Positions 62,381 to 64,000 of a stretch of 64,000 bases of DNA are shown piece by piece (position 1 is the stretch's first letter; every line of letters starts with the position of its first letter). This stretch comes from Macrostomum lignano. Its lineage: Eukaryota. Below the pieces are notes generated by a model. The model ran no database searches, was not told the DNA's origin, and was given only the letters and a program-made list of their open reading frames with translations. The stretch is from positions 1 through 64,000 of the forward strand of contig NIVC01001088.1 in assembly GCA_002269645.1 (NCBI GenBank). Direction: 5' to 3'. The position numbers and the translations under genes were made by a program.

Positions 62381-64000
62381 GCCCGCTCGGACGCAACAAC
62401 AACCCCTTCTTCTTACTTTGGCTCGGGCCCAGCGCGCAACTTCTGGTTCCCGGAGCACGACCGTCGTTTCTTGATCCCGGATTGCAACTTCCCCCATCAT
62501 CATCAAGGACGAGTCCCCCGGTCGACAGCAGCGAACATCCAGTTAAGAGCATCACCTGCTAGCTAACAGCGAAGATTGTGACAGCATCATCCCGAGTCTA
62601 CAGCTGCAGAGCATCGAGCCGATTCGGCCACTGTGGAATACCTGGTCTCCGGCTGTTGAGTTTCTGATTGGTTGGGTGAGAGGCTACCTAGACTTGCTTG
62701 ATTGGGTGATCCCTTTTCTGTCCCCTGTCGCAGTAGCTGAATTAGGCGCACACTTTTGCTCATTTTGTTCAGTAGTGCTGTTGCTGAGGCAGGAATCATT
62801 CAATAATACTGCTAGTAGTCTAAGACTCCAATTCAATCTAAAGTGTGAAGTGAACTAAGGAGAAGGTTAAATCTAACAGTTATCTTTGTCGGCTTTATTT
62901 CTTTGTTCGTCGATGGCTCAGATGAGTAGCTAAGCTAGTAGGCGCCGGTCACAGTGGACCAATGGCAAGGCAGTTCTCAGTCGACCAATCTAACAAATCA
63001 GTGAGCAAAACTGCCAAAAGTGCAGAATCGGCGCCAGAGATGTACTTTGTGCACTCTAGGGTAGCCAAGCGGCTCGGGTAAATGAATCATGCGGTCTCTG
63101 AAGTTCGAGTTAGTCTATCATCAGCGCTATGAGAGGCTAGTTGGCGCGTTGAAGGCCAAAAGTACATATCTTCGTATTTAGCAATGTAATAGTACATGTA
63201 GCTACCCCATAGACTCGCCACCGCAAGAATCCCCTGCACAAGTCCCCTCTGTACCTGCATGGCCAACGCGATCTAGTCCCAGCAGTGTCCCTTATCATCG
63301 GCTATGACTTCGAGATTGACAGCAAAAAGACACTAGTTGGCAGGTAAGTGCAAAGCCCCTTCTAGTCGGAAGCCCGATTTCGAGAGTCCCGGTGTGGTGA
63401 GCACGGGCTGGTGGCAGCAAGTTAGTTGATCTGCGGATTAGCTAATTTCTACTTTCAAAATTCTCCCTGCTCGTCTCTCGCTGTCCCTCTCTTAGCTATA
63501 GGACCTAGACTGCTCGCCACACGATCAAGCTACCATGGGGCTGACCATCTGACAGGAGTGGGGGGCCAGGTCTCTAATTGATTTATTTCTGAGCCTGAGG
63601 CCCGAAGGCTTCCCTAACAAGGAGCCCGAAGGTCGAAACCCATCAATTGCATGAATCAAAGCACAAACCTTTCATTTTACCATGAAAAATCGCGATTAAT
63701 GCGTCGTTAGAGCAGCATGTGAGGCACAAAATAGTGTGATTAGGACTTTCTCTGACACTGTTAAGAGACCCTATCACTGTTTTAGTGTTGAAAATCGTGA
63801 AATTCCTATCTCCGTAGTGTATTTTTCCGGTGAAACCTGCCTTTAAAACTATTTCTGAACACAAAGCTTTATAAATATCGATAGAGCAATAAGAAAGGCA
63901 CAACATATCAAAAGATGAACACTGGATCTGTCTCCTATCAAAAGCAATAACAATTTTTGTGCTGAAAAAAATTAAAACTTGATTAATGATTATGGTTAAT

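Noticed and set aside
63643-63906. 87-aa minus-strand ORF near the window end
   Set aside because: No recognisable motif or supportable splice structure within the window.

Overview
Eukaryotic, intron-rich and minisatellite-rich animal genomic DNA. Intron style, repeat content and the LINE families suggest a free-living flatworm such as Macrostomum; this is inference, not a database result. Seven host genes can be assembled from GT-AG splice sites with consistent phases. In order: a secreted multi-LamG/EGF protein (minus strand, running off the window start), TFIIH p52 (GTF2H4), an RNF168-like RING E3, an intronless RhoU/RhoV-family GTPase, synaptotagmin-12, a VWDE-like membrane protein, and a CAP/SCP-TAPS gene carrying several lesions (minus strand). 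Mobile DNA includes a Tc1/mariner element with TIRs and TA duplication, a 4.6-kb LOA/R1-type LINE with RNase H inserted in a (CCCTCG)n repeat with a 16-bp TSD, a CpG-decayed RTE-like LINE fragment, a tRNA-derived SINE and two MITEs. About 25 tandem repeat arrays fill most introns and explain most of the long low-complexity ORFs in the track. The main hunting results are: (1) the RhoU/V GTPase naturally carries G12S, A59P and Q61L-equivalent substitutions and is predicted GTPase-dead; (2) a possible RNF168/Rho cis-/trans-spliced or TAATG-coupled arrangement; (3) a roughly 4-kb domain almost stripped of CpG, with a deamination-type mutation signature; (4) possible microsatellite targeting by the LINE. 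Several single-base frameshifts in host genes may be assembly errors.
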